Source of the DNA: Thalia democratica
Lineage: Eukaryota
NCBI GenBank assembly: GCA_965202585.1
Contig: OZ241826.1
Span: 82,522,001-82,586,000 of the forward strand
Length of the DNA: 64,000 nucleotides
Reading direction: 5' to 3'
Part shown: piece after piece, positions 32,546-45,761 of the stretch
How the letters are laid out: every line of letters begins with the position of its first letter
How positions within the stretch are numbered: position 1 is the stretch's first letter
The notes under the pieces: model-generated
What the model was told of the DNA's origin: nothing
Databases searched by the model: none
Seen by the model: the letters and a program-made list of their open reading frames with translations, nothing else
Translations under genes and position numbers: made by a program

Positions 32546-35500
32546 TATATACAAAACTTAAGAAATTGAATACATGATTGTTTATGCTACATCTTTTTTT
32601 TTACTTTGTTTGAAGCAAAAACAAACAATCATTTTATTGGCTTTAAATTTACTGGCTTTCATGTTTACTTTTCATTGAATTATAAATAGTAATGTAACAA
32701 AATTAAAATAATGCAATTTTTTTTTCAACCTAGTCATCTTCAACAAATAAATAGCTAAATTGTTTTTAATTACTTTTGTTCTATTGATAAAGATTTTAAT
32801 ATGATTAGGAATAGTAAAAATTAAAAAAGATTTTATTTTTAAAGACTCATTCAGTTGAATTTAAAAGGTTAAATGTATAAATTTAAACTACAAAGAATGT
32901 TTAAAACAGCTATTAATGAACTTTGTTTCAAAGCAATTCATTATAAAAGTATCAATCAGTCAATATTTTGATCGAATATAAACTTAGTTGTCTATTAAGA
33001 AATCAAACTAAACTATTAAAAAATATATACAAAGTAAGTAGATGTTTATTAAGTTTGTTTGAACTAAATTTCAATACCTTATCATTAATTAAACTAGTAC
33101 AACGTTTTTAATTAGCTTGAAAACAATTAAAGTTCAATATTTTTTGTTTAAAAGCTCTAATAATAGCACACTTCCTATTTAATAAGAAGCCCTAGTTTTT
33201 TGCAACTATACTAGAAGTTTATTTTTGAATAGTTAACATTTGTAAATTGTCAACTTTTAAAGCTTTACTTGAACGATTGTTTCCTTGCATTGTTTAGTTA
33301 AACAGAATACTTTTAGTAGTTTAAAGTTTAAACACAAAAAGTTTCTGCACAAAGCTACTGAATCTATTGTAATTGTTTCAAGTTGAAAGAATGCTAAACG
33401 ATGTCAACGCAAAAAGATTAAGATTAACTATTTAATATAAAAACAATCTAATTATAGTAAATATGTAAGCCTAACTTAAACTGTTGCCTAAGAGTTAGAT
33501 ATTAGTATTTGCAAACGAATTAGAAAAAAGTACATTGTATAGAACTTCAAATGTAGAAAGTTTAACTATTTAAAATAAAAATTCAAATTTTTGAATAACT
33601 GCAAATACCTTTTTATACATAGAAATTTTAATTTGTTTAGTAAGAAGTAAAAAAAAGGTGTATTCAACTACGATTACTTACAATAAAACTTGTTGATATC
33701 AAATTAATAACCTTGTAAGGAATTGTTTGTTTTAAAATACTTATACTGTATAACAAAACAATCAATCTTTCAATTATAGTTAAAAGGTAAATTTTTATTT
33801 GGACATATAATATAACTGTTCAAAATATAGATTTAATTGTTTGCTAACAAAAGATCCTAGTGAAGTAACTTCACTGGAATAAAAATAAAAACAAATTATA
33901 CAGATTACATTTTATTTTTGATATTTACAAAGAATTACAATAAGTACTATATTAACTTTAATTAGTTTGTATCAAACTATAAGTTTTTAAATAGACAACT
34001 ATATTTAGCTTAAACCAAAAATAAAGACTAACATAAACTTTTAATTAGTATGCTTACAAATAACTAGCTTTCCTGTTTTAGTTTTCTTCAGTAGTCTGTA
34101 TGTGTTTAAGTTTCCTTCCATACTAAAAAACTTTTCATTCCAAAGAAACATAAAATGAAATTTTTTCAAACTATCTGCAAACAACAATACTATGATTTCC
34201 AACTAGCTGAGTATTTTACAAACCAGAGGATAACGATTGAAACGTCATAATAGCATTTTAGAACTAAAATATGTATGATTTTCTCTTTGAAATTATCTAA
34301 GAAAACAACCAACTAAGCTGTAATATATTGTATGTTTGTTGTTTATATGCAGGGAACATTAAAAATTTTTTTACTTAAACAGCAGAACTTGAAGAATTGT
34401 ATAACTAAAATCTTTACTGTAAGCTAGAATCAAATTGATTAAGTAAATAAAATTTTTCTTTGTTTATTTGAAGCTTCATTCAAACCAAATTAAATAAAAA
34501 TTTATGCTTTTAATTCTTAAAGATAAGCTTACTAAACTGGTCAATATTTGATTAAATACAAACTACTTGTAGCAAGAGGTTAAAACAGTTCTTTTCATAG
34601 AAAAATAGCATAATATAATAAAAGTAACAATTGAATAACTTTTATTATGTATAGCTAATGAACTCAATTAATATCGTATTATTTCTAGATTGTATAGTAA
34701 TAAATACCTTTTTTATAATGTTATTATTTTACAAGAACTATGGCATAATGAAAACAACAACTTAATAATTATTACTAGTTTGTTACTTTCTTTGTTTATT
34801 TTTCACATTTTGGTTTAAATTAAGTCCAAGTAACTTTTTTATTAATAATCTACAGTAGTACTAAAGATAAAAAAGAAAACAATGTTTTACATTTTAATCT
34901 ATAAGTTAATTACTTTATCTTGGTCGTACAGTCCTTAGTTTTTAATTAGTTAAACTAAATTCCGTACGTGCTTTCATATTACAATCAATACTAACTATCT
35001 AAATATAACTCTTAAATCTTTATACCAAATCTTTGTAACAATTAAATCCATTTTTATACTTAAAGTATATAAATAAACAGACAATAACTTTATTCAACTT
35101 TTTTGTTTTATAATTTGTCTTTTTATTTCTGTGATTCAAAAACAAAAAAAGAGACAAGTACATATAATAGAACCTCTATGCATTGTAATTTCCATAACAC
35201 AAACATGACTTTATTATCATCGAAAACTGTTGTCTTTAGAATTAATCAATAAATCTACTTTGTTTTAAACTTAAACAATAACCATTAAATAAAACAATCT
35301 ATTTATTAAACACCTATGCTATATATAATGTGAAGCGCAAAAAATATATTATTAATATTTGTCTAAAAGTGTTTTGTTCGGTAATGCTGTATTAAGCTAT
35401 TTAAAAGTAATACTTAAAACATACTAAACCTTTTAAACACAGCATTAAAATTTTATATACACAAACAAACTGCTGGTCTAAATTACAACTTTGTTTTTAG

Positions 35501-36289
35501 CTAAATTCTATCAATTTAATTAGCTTTTTTCATGTTTATTTAAAAACGTTTAAAATACTATATTACTTGTTTATAAAGCTAATTCACGTGAAATCTTAGC
35601 TATATATCAAGTATTTTTAAAACAATCAAATACTTGATACTAAACGATTAGTTATTGAAGTAGTAAGTAACCATTATAATAATTTTCTAATTCATTTTAA
35701 ACCGTTAGTGTTATAAAATAATCAAATTCATACCGAAGAAAAGCACCAAACTTGAAAACTTTAGTTACTACCAACTTTTTTATTATAATGATTTAAGCAT
35801 TATGAAGTTACTATTTAACTTAATGGTTTTTTTTATAAGTTTATTCAGTGAAAAAAAAATAAAATTTAATTATATGCAGCATATTAACATATTGGTGATC
35901 AAAAAAGTTTTTTTATTGAAATAAACTTTTTCATACCGATTTTCGTTACGCTTTATTTTTTCTTATGAAAGTTAATTTCTACTTAATTTGTGAAAAAAGT
36001 ATCAAAAAACATTTATAAAAGCTTTTTGGAATAAAATGAAATAAATATTCGCAAAATCTAATTTAAGAATAAGTAAACTAGTTTGTAAATAATAATTACT
36101 AAGAAAATCTTTTACAGGCGGAAATTTTTTCAAAATGTCTTAAAAAGTAGCTTTATTTTGAAAAGTTTTATCATGAAACCTCAAAATGTAGTACTTAAAA
36201 GCTAATTTGTGTTGAATACGCGTTCCTATGTTTCTAGAAACACATTTGATGCACAACTCAAAACACTTGTTAAAAATCCCTGAAAAAAC

Positions 36290-36380
36290 ATTAAAAGGTA
36301 TATAAGTAGCGTGCGAGTCGATAACAGAAAATCTTTTTCGTACACTAGGTCCTAGGACCAAACATTTTAAGCGTTTTTAA
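36290..36380 (-). repeat. GGTCCTAGGACC-family repeat copy
   Basis: Palindrome at 36348-36359; reverse complement matches 20186-20285. Confidence 0.8.
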
Positions 36381-37653
36381 TTTTGTTGTTCGATAAGCAA
36401 CATATAAAGTTTTAAATAATGTTTTATTTTAACAAGATTCTTTTCAAGCTAATAAATAAGTTGAGGGTCAGAGATTTCTGTTTTCACGCCTTAGAATACC
36501 CATATGTACTATGTCACAACATGTAAGGAATAGTATTATTTTATTTAACACTTTTTGTTTTTAAATGATCGACTAAAACTTTAAATAACAATATAAAAAC
36601 TTTTAAATAAAAAAAATTCATTTTTAAGCAGTGTTAAAACTTTGCTTTAATCGAAAAAGTTTAAACGGATTTAAGCAGATTTTAATAAGTAAATGACCAA
36701 AACAAATAAAAACAATAAGCCAGGTTGTTAAAAAAATGTAAAGACAAATTGTACTAAAGTAATCGTTTATTAACGGTGTTTATATTAATTGTAAATTATC
36801 TTTAAGACTAGTTTCGCTTGTTTTTTTTTAACTAAAAAATACGTAGCGGGCCGGATCTCTTCGTGGGCTGTGGATTTCTACTTGATAGTTTAAAAGAATC
36901 ATTTTTTTCAAATGCTCCATACCTATTTTAATTTCTTACTATCAATTGTTGTTATATAAATTATAAGATATATATTATCAAAATCGTTTACAAGCATTAA
37001 TTGCCATGCTCTAAAGCATCCTTCACAAATATTTTTTATTTACTTTACAGAGTCCTGGATAAGACGTTAAAAGGTATTTGTGGTGAAAGACACGAAAACC
37101 GAAGGATTTTCTGTTCAACAGGTCCTTGGACGAAATATCTTTTTCATTTTTTTTTGGTATTCAATGAACAATAATAGTTCTAACTTAAAAATTGTTTTAA
37201 AAATTTTTCTAATTTTTTTTTTTGATGTTTTTAAAAAGATTTATTTGTACTTCTATCAAAATAAAATAATAATAAGAATGAAAATATGTTTTTGAATTAC
37301 ATATCAAAAATAATTAATAATAAATATTTTAAGTTGGACAGTTGCATATATAAAAATTTCTTAATTATCTTTATTTTCCACTTAAAATTGTATAAAAACA
37401 CAATTAGTCAATTATTGAATTTTAAGCTTAATTTATTAAAGTTTTAATAAGTTGATAGGTATGTTTTTAATAATAAATTAACTTTGAAGTGTTCAACAGT
37501 AATTTCCTATAATCACTTTAAACACAAGATTTTATAAATTTTTAGTCAATAAAAGATTATTCTTTAAAAAAGTACATATAGTTTTTTATACTAATCAGCG
37601 ACAATTGAAACGATAATTGAACGACAATAAAATACGCTTAATTTATAATTATT

Positions 37654-37735
37654 CTAAGACCTGGTGCACGAAAAAATATTTCGGTTATCGAGTCGCACAC
37701 TAAGGATACCTTTTAAAGCCTTGTATAGAAACATT
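37654..37735 (+). repeat. GGTCCTAGGACC-family repeat copy (5' truncated)
   Basis: CTAAGACCTGGTGCACGAAAAAATATTTCGGTTATCGAGTCGCACACTAAGGATACCTTTTA matches the 20.2 kb copy. Confidence 0.75.
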
Positions 37736-38599
37736 GCCTGGGTAGACCTTAGGAAAGTAACTTAAATTAATTAAATATGTCTAAAAAATATTTGTTTCGT
37801 TAGAATACAAAAATTTTTTTACAAATAGTATTAAACAACAAAATTTTTATCTACAATTTAATTTTTCTTCATTTAAGAAAACATATTTAGTGCGACACAG
37901 TATTTTTACTAAAATTTGCTGATTATTATTTTTGTTTCAAAAACAAAATTTTAGGCACTCTGTTCTTTTTTTTTCGAAAATAAATAACCCTACAGCTAAC
38001 AAACGGTCGTGTCCCTAGCATAAAACTTATCTGTAATTGGTCTCCAATCTTCTATTATTTCGGGCTTTATTTAATAAAAAGTTTAATCTTGCTTATAATC
38101 TAGATGAATTTTAGCAACAAGGCGCCCTAAAAAATTTCGCTTGTCAGCTTTCACTTTTGACATGCGAGTTAAAATTTGACGATTTTTAATACGATCAACT
38201 TGTATTAGGGCCACTTGTAAGGCAAAAAAAAAAACATATAAAACTAGTAATAAGGTCTATTACAGCTTTAAAAACTTTATTTATATTTGTAGATATTCAA
38301 ATATTTAAATACAAGTTGTTAAAGTAGTTAGTTGTATAAATAATCTTATTTTACAAAGATTTAACAAATATAGGACATTTTTTTCATTTAAGTTTATTAG
38401 CATATTCTTAAGATTTCTATGAAAATAATATTGTACATCAATAATATTATTTTTGAACTTAAAAAGAATCACTATTTTGAAATAACATTTGGAAAATTTG
38501 ACTTACAATACTATCTAATTTTATTAAGAACAACTTTAAATTTACCGGAATAGCTTTACTTTTAGTTTTTTGAAAATGCTACGTTTTATTATCATTTAA

Positions 38600-41500
38600 T
38601 CATGATAAACAACACAATAAAGTACTAAAAACAGATAAAGTTAAAACTTTTGAAAAGATAACATTGTAGGAGTTTTGAAATTCAGTTATTTTTGTAAGGC
38701 CTCGAACTTGAGAACACAACTTTTCTTTTACTACTGTGATTGTGTGAGCTACTGTGTCTAACGTTTTTCAGTCTATCTTTTGTTATGTCTTGTTCCTTGT
38801 GACTTCTTTCAACGTTTAGTAAAACTTTACGACTTTGAACTTCAACTCTGCGTTTACTGATGTGGTTGTGTATCTTTGAGCTATGTCTATCACTTATCCT
38901 TCTATCATCTGGTTTGTGGAGTACTTCGTGATCTTATATGTTACTTGGTGAAAGTCTGCGCTTGTTTTTATACTTTGAGCAGCGCGTATCCTTACAACTA
39001 TCTTTTAGCTCACTTATTAAACGTTTTCTTTCCGAAGACTTTATAACAGACCTTAGGTCATCAGAGTTACGATTTTCACGACTTCTTCTACGTATTTTGC
39101 TCTTTTCAAGGTAAGTTTTATCTCTTGAAACGCGGCTGTTTTCATCACCACGTCTTTTACGGTGTCTGCTTGTGCTCGCATTTTTGGATTCTCCGAGCTC
39201 TCTTAATGGTGTCAGTTTTCTTCTTTTGTGATGGTGATTCGTGGACGGTGGTCTAAAGATTTCATTACCTTGTCTTTTGTGGTGTATGTTTGTCCTTGTC
39301 ACTCTTGATTGTTCTTTTTGCGGTGCAACCTTTGCTCTTTTGTGCTCATCATCTGTGGACGGTGAATTACGGATGGTTGAGTTTCTACTTATACCCGAAG
39401 TAGTTTGCAAGTATGTAGGTGAAGTAGCAAGAGCATATTTTTGATACAAACTGTAGTTATTCATCAAGTTCGGTTGATAACTGTTACTTAATTATGATAT
39501 GTGCTGCAAGTAGGCGTTCGACCAATCAGCTGTTTTTTGCACGGTTGAGTGACTAAATGTTGGCGGCTGAGCAGCAAAAATGGATTTCTGGTTGAAGTTG
39601 TTCATCAAGTAATTGTATGAAAGAATGTCGTTTTGAGCCGGTTGAAATGAAGTAGTGCTTGGAAAATTTAAATTAACTACTGGTTGCACGGTAGGATAAC
39701 TTATGACGTTGGATTGTTAGAAGATTCTGAAAGTTGAACTTTGTTTTCAGATCTTTTGTTAGCAGTAATTTTTGGCAGAATTTTTCTCGGAACGTTTTCC
39801 ATTTGACTGCAATTGTGATTTACCTGTAAATTATTTTAATGTATAGCTATATATGAAAAATTTAAACTTATTAAAAATATTTATCAACTGTCAAAAAGTT
39901 TTCTGTATAGCAATTTATTTTTATTTTTATTACACATTACTCTTTATACACTGAAATTTTGCAGTTTTAGTTTATAATTGTATACAGTTAATAGATTATC
40001 ATTGATATTTAATTGCAAAAGCTATTAAATAACACTTTAGAAAAATAATACTTACATTCGAATTTACGTTCAAACTTTTTTCAACTTTTTGTTTGACGGA
40101 GAGTTGTATAAGTTGATTTTCTTGATCAACTTTGACAGGAGGTGTGTTGTTTGACCGGATTGGATTTTTCTTTTTTGATGCAAGTTCGTATGTACGAACT
40201 GCCTGTAAATTATTTTACCATTATTGTATAAAAGAGGCAATAACATTTTTTTTGTTTTTAAATCCACATAATCTAATAAACTAGAGTACGTAAAGAAATG
40301 TCAACTCAACAATTAGAGGACAAAAACAAACCTTCAAGATATTAGTGACTTAAAATCAGATGAATTAATCTTATAATTAGAATAAAACATATTTAACTCT
40401 TTTACAACAATTCGATATGTTCATTTTTAATTTATAATTGTGTTTAATAAACATTTTTTAAAATCAAAAATTTAAAATCGTAACTACTTATAATGATTCT
40501 ATTTAAAAATTGTAGGAAAAAAAAGACCATATTTTTAAATTAAACATACCTGTCTTAAGCTATTTTCAGCGTATAGATCATCAGGGGAATTATTTTTGCC
40601 GCATTGAGGACAAGTTTTAGTTTCTAAAAGTTCGTTTCGAATGCATTCATCACAGAATACGTGACCACATTTCGTCAAAACTGCTTTTTTGAGAATTTTA
40701 TCGCAAGTTGGGCAAATTAAATGCTCCGAAATATTTTCATATTCATTTTCGCATTCACTTTCTTCCTTAACAGGTGTTTTAGAAATTTTGCTTTCTTCAT
40801 ATCCAATCCTTTATTTATAGTTTTAGTTAATATTAGGAACTTTTTAGATTTTAATTGAATATATTACATATTATTTTAGCTATAATATATGTTCATTTTT
40901 ATCTGAAGGCTGTAGTTTTATATGTTAGAAATTATATTTTTGCTACATAATTCTAAAATATTTAAATTTAAAGCCTTTATTTATTATTTATAATAGTTAT
41001 GTTGAAAAATATATTAAGTAATATTAAAGGTTATTGTACAATATATTTAAATTTAAATTTAATGTAAAGACATTCTTTTAGATTTTAAATGTTAAAGAAA
41101 TTAATAAAATCAGTAAAAAATACTCACTTGTCTGTTTTCAAAACAACGTAATTTCCGTTTCGATTGAACATAACACCAGGATCATCTTTATTAGCTTTAA
41201 CTAACAGACTTCTTGGAATTCTAGTGGCAAATTTTGGCATTGATGGAGCCTTTAAATTGTTTTTAAATCATAAAAAAAATTTAAACACTTAAACAATAAA
41301 TTGTTTACAATAAATAAATCACTTTTTTAAATACCTTTGGTTTTGAACATTCGTTGGCTCTGTGACCTTCTTTTTGGCAGTTTTTAAACCAAAAAGTTTT
41401 TTGAGACTTTTGATTATTTTCACTGATAAGCTTCATTTTGTGTAAAGTTTTTTGAACATTGTTTTTGCATTTCTTCGAATTTTTTCTTTTCGTTGTTTTC

Positions 41501-43104
41501 TGGCATGTTTTTCAATGCCTGTAAAGTTTGGTTAAAGTTAAAACTGTATTATATGAAGACTATAAAAGACAAAACTTTAAAACTTTCAGTTTATACAAGT
41601 TAGAACAAAAGGAGCAATTTAAATTGATTTTTATTATTAGAGATTTATTTATGTTTTGTTGATAATTGGCTTAAAATTGCAATTTTAGATAGTTTTTAAT
41701 TCCATTTAGCTAAATTTCAGAGTATAAATATTATAACCTATTTTTAAAAAACCTCTCTATTCAGTTTTTTTTTTTTGACTCTTTATATTAACTAAATTCA
41801 ACTCGTTTTAAATTAGTACTAGTTTTACCTAATTACACACTGATAAGCTTAAATTTTCGAATATGTAACATTTAAGTTTATAGATTAGATTTTCATGCAT
41901 GACTAAGTTTTTAAATAACATTATAGATAAGCATCATTTATAAGCAGTTTAAAATTTTTACTAGAAGAAGTCGCATTTTTTTTGTCAAAAAACCTGGTTA
42001 ATAATAAAATATATTTTTTGTACATTTTTATTTAAAAATATTAGTCATAAACACAAATAGGGTTTAAAATTTATCATAGACATTTTTGTATTATACTTTT
42101 CATACACTTCGAATGCTTGATAGACATTTTTTAATACAAAATGTAAGACAACCAACATAATAAAGTATAAGTTATTGAAAAATTATTTAAAAAGTAAACG
42201 TACAGTAATCTTTTTTTCTAGTAATGTATTTTCATTTTTTGAAATTATAGATTTCTCATTCTTCTTAACTTTATAGACTATAATTTCCTTTCCTGTTGTT
42301 TATAAATTTGTAAGTTATTGTGATCACATCAATTGCCTAGTTTTAATGTTTGATCAGATTAATAAAATTAAGAAATAGATAGAAAATAAGTTATTATTTA
42401 TATAAATATATATATTAAACATATTAATTAATCATATTAAGAAATAAATAGGTTTATTGAAATTTAGGTTTATTAATTCTTTTCAAGTAAAGTAAATAGC
42501 TATACTAATATAATCTTTCGTTATCTTTTGTTTTGTTATGTGAATAATTTTTTGGTCACAATAATAAAGTAACAACTAATGAAACATGTTTTATACTTAA
42601 TACTTTTACTTAAAGTACTAACTAACCTTCTATACACAAGCAGTATGGCATTCACTTTAACTTCAGAGCAGTAAGTGTATTCTGAAAAATATTTTTTATT
42701 GTCAAGATACTTTGGTTTTGGCAAGCTTAAAAGAGTTATATTTTAGACACTTTAACAACATAGATCTATTAAATTACTTTAAACTAAATAAAATGGACAA
42801 AATAAAATATTTTGCTATATATAAATTAAAACAAACTTCATAGTTAAATATAAGTTATATACTTTTGTAAATTCTAAAACTTTGTATTTAGAACACGTAA
42901 CTTTATTGCAGTAATATTTAAAGTTAACTAACCTTTAGTTGTGTGAAAATAAAATACAGTTAAACTGCTATGATGTGTTTGTTCTAAGTTCAAGTTTTTA
43001 ATGGTTCTATTTTTCACTTCAACAATAGGCATGCTTGAACAATCTAAAGTAATAAAGTTCTTTCTATTGGCACCAGCAAACATGTATTCATTAGTGTTGG
43101 ATAT
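38600..43104 (-). pseudogene. RBBP6: RBBP6 (Mpe1/PACT/SNAMA)-like gene with introns, disabled
   Basis: Exons give DWNN-like pieces (EYMFAGANRKNFITLD..VKN at ~43100-42970; EYT...V.VNAILLVYRR at ~42700-42600), a linker and degenerate Zn knuckle (41518-41335, NCQKEGHRANEC), ATRIPRSLL..PGVMF.RNG.YVV (41249-41128), RING C3HC4 HLICPTC..CGHVFCDECIR.ELLE..TCPQC...SPDDLYAENSLRQ (40808-40550), AVR.. (40202-40056), and a long R/S/H-rich last exon from 39823. Lesions: frameshift in 41518-41335, frameshift ~39715, in-frame TAA at 39492-39494 and 38934-38936, probable ATG>ATA at 43104. Confidence 0.8.
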
Positions 43105-44143
43105 TTTATATATTTTAATTACAGCTAAAAAATTGAAACTTTTAAAACACTTTACTAAGCTATATTTTCTTAAAGTTTGAAAGAAAAAGTTTGTTATAAA
43201 AGTTAATTGATAGTAGTTTTACAAAAAAAGTTTACTTTTAATCTAGTATGAAGAAAATGTTTGTATTAATCATTGAATTGTTACCGAGAAGCCTACAATA
43301 TTTTACATAAAAATAAAGCACTAAAATGGCACTTAAATTTCAGTAATGGACCCAACAAGGCTACTTTGCTCATTTTGTAAAACCTTGATTTTTAGTGACA
43401 GATGAAAACCTTGTTTTTTTTTATCTTCCATTAATACTTTTATAGTCATAAGTTTATTAAAACTTCTTTAAAAACTTCACAATGTTTGTGTATTTTAAAC
43501 TAACAATATTTGTTTAAATAATGTAGTAGTATAAAGTAAGTTAACATGTTGTAAAATATTTTTATTTTTAAAAAGGCTAATTCAAAAATTTAAACTTCAA
43601 GACGTTTATTTTAACTACTGATGTTAAAACCAACACATTTATATTTTTATATATCTGGTTATTTTTATAAGTAAGCAATTTATAAATTGTAATTAAAAAG
43701 GATTTTACAATTTAAAACACTTTTATTGTAATCCAATAAAAATCAAATAGTTTTTTATTTAACTAGAGAAATTATAAAATACCGAAATTTATAGCTTTAA
43801 TAATGTAATGATATCTTTAAAAATATTTCAAAAAAGTAATGGCATAAAATTATTATCTCAATCACTTAGCTGCGTAAAATAAAAGTTCTTGATACAATAT
43901 GATTTATTAAGAAAACTATTACTATGATGGCGTACTTTGCAAAATTTAAACTTTTATAACTACTTATTAAATTTAGAGCTAAGAAGGACGAAGAATTGAC
44001 TATTATCTTTTTAAGAACTTTTTTGTAACAAACATTACTAGAAATTTTTGTTTGTTAGTGTGTATACCTTTTAAACTTTTAATATAGTCAACATTTATTT
44101 TTTTTAATTCTAACAAACATTGACTTAAGCTTGAACTTAAAAA

Positions 44144-44740
44144 GACACGAAGACAAAATTGCACGAGTCCACAAATTTGCACGGCGCCAAATTTTCACGA
44201 TAACACAAAATGGCACGAGTTACAGTTTTGCACGAATGTAAAAAAACCAGAAAAAAAAAATAAACAGAAAAGAAAAAGGTAAATTTTTAAAAAGAAAAAA
44301 GTTACTGACCGAGGGTAAGGGTTAGTGTTACTAGTTATAGTAAAAATAAAAAATGACTTATAAAATTACAATAAAAAATAAAAGAATAATTAAAAAAAAA
44401 GCTACCGACCGAGGTTAAGGGTAACAGTGGTAGTAAAAAAAATTAAAAATTAAAAATAAAAAGATAAGTAATAAAATAAGAACAAAGAAAAAAAAAATTA
44501 CCAACCGAGGGTAAGGTTTAGGGGTAACAATGATAGAAAAAGAAAATTAAACAAAAACAAGTTAATAAAAATAATAAAATAAAAATAAATAAACTTAACC
44601 AATGCAAAATTGCCTGTTCGTGTAAAAGTGTCGTTGTGCAAAAGTATCTTTGAGCAATTTTGTACTCGTGCAATTTTATCCCCTCGTGCAAAAGTATGTT
44701 CGTGCAATTTCGTGCAGTCGTGCAAATTAGACAGCTACCC
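44144..44740. mobile_element. Non-autonomous DNA element with inverted subterminal TTGCACGA arrays and three internal GAGG(G/T)TAAGG repeats
   Basis: Five TTGCACG-like motifs at left, six inverted CGTGCAA motifs at right (AAAATTGCACGAGT / ACTCGTGCAATTTT perfect); three ~100-bp units containing ACCGAGGGTAAGGG; right end GCTACCC followed by TAA. Confidence 0.75.
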
Positions 44741-45310
44741 TAAAAAGAGAGTTTTTGTAAATAGTTAATATTTTAGTAAAGTTTATAAGTAAAACTTATA
44801 CTTTAGCTTAGCATTTATTAAATTATTAAAAAGTTTTTGGTTTAATTTAAAATGCAATCTAGATTAAAACTATTCAAAAAGCTTAACTATGTCTAGATCA
44901 CTAAGTTAAACTATACTGAATGTATGTTGAATATTTAATTCAAATCAACTATTTTATCATGTAATGGTTTACTAACTTTTGGTTGGTTTCTGGTACTAAA
45001 TTTAAATTGGAAAGTTATACACATTTTTGTAATATATAACTTATAGTGTCTTGAAAGCCATAAACTTAGACTAGTGGTTGTCAAGCTAGTAAAAATTTGT
45101 GCACCCTAAGTTAAAAAAAAATATACGATATCCCTTGGATTTTATTAAGTGCGCCAGTAGTGTTTAAAATTTTGTAAACATTTTTATTTGTTTTTATTAG
45201 GCCTTAACAGAAATCTCTATGCATTTATAAGTACTAATGTAGGAAGGTTTTTGAACGTATTTATATACCATTTGCAACTTAATATCAATAGATTATTCAG
45301 TTTGTTTTTT

Positions 45311-45761
45311 ATATTTTATTACACAAAGCTTTTCAAAACCAGACAAGTTTCTTTGTCAAATGATAAATTTTAAATGAAATTTGAAAAAAAAATTGTTAAG
45401 TGAATAGCTTAAAAAATAACTTTAAATTATGACGTATGAAGGAATATAAATACAAAAATTAGAAATTTAGTAATTAAAACTAAAGGTATGTCTTTTAATA
45501 GATTGTAAATAATTTTGTTTTACAATTTAATGCTACTTGCGTATTTAAGTTAGTCTTCTTCTTGAGTCAAGGAACATGAATTTACAAAGTCTAAAGATAT
45601 ATAGAGGTGAGTTAGCATTAAAAAACATATTTTAAATAAAAAATACACAATAAACCTAGTTTGTGCAACATTAAAATAAATTAAAACTTTTATTATTTGA
45701 ATTTTTTAGAATTCTAAAATGCGTAACTAAACGAGAGTGCGTAAAGATGCGAAAGGTTACT
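45311..45761 (+). mobile_element. Chimeric element: left part of the 20901 foldback family joined to the right part of the 25680 pogo-like MITE
   Basis: 45311-45560 aligns to 20901-21150; 45565-45759 aligns to 26237-26449, including the TIR GTGCGTAAAGATGCGAAAGGTTACTG and TA. Confidence 0.8.

Noticed and set aside
34060-34100. Minus-strand CTGAAGA...GAAAG resembling another hammerhead core
   Set aside because: Stem II cannot pair and there is no valid cleavage triplet or stem III.
37030-37140. GTCCTGGATAAGACGTTAAAA...GGTCC, loosely like a SINE central domain, with flanking splice-like sites
   Set aside because: Single short match, no Pol III head or second copy in the window.
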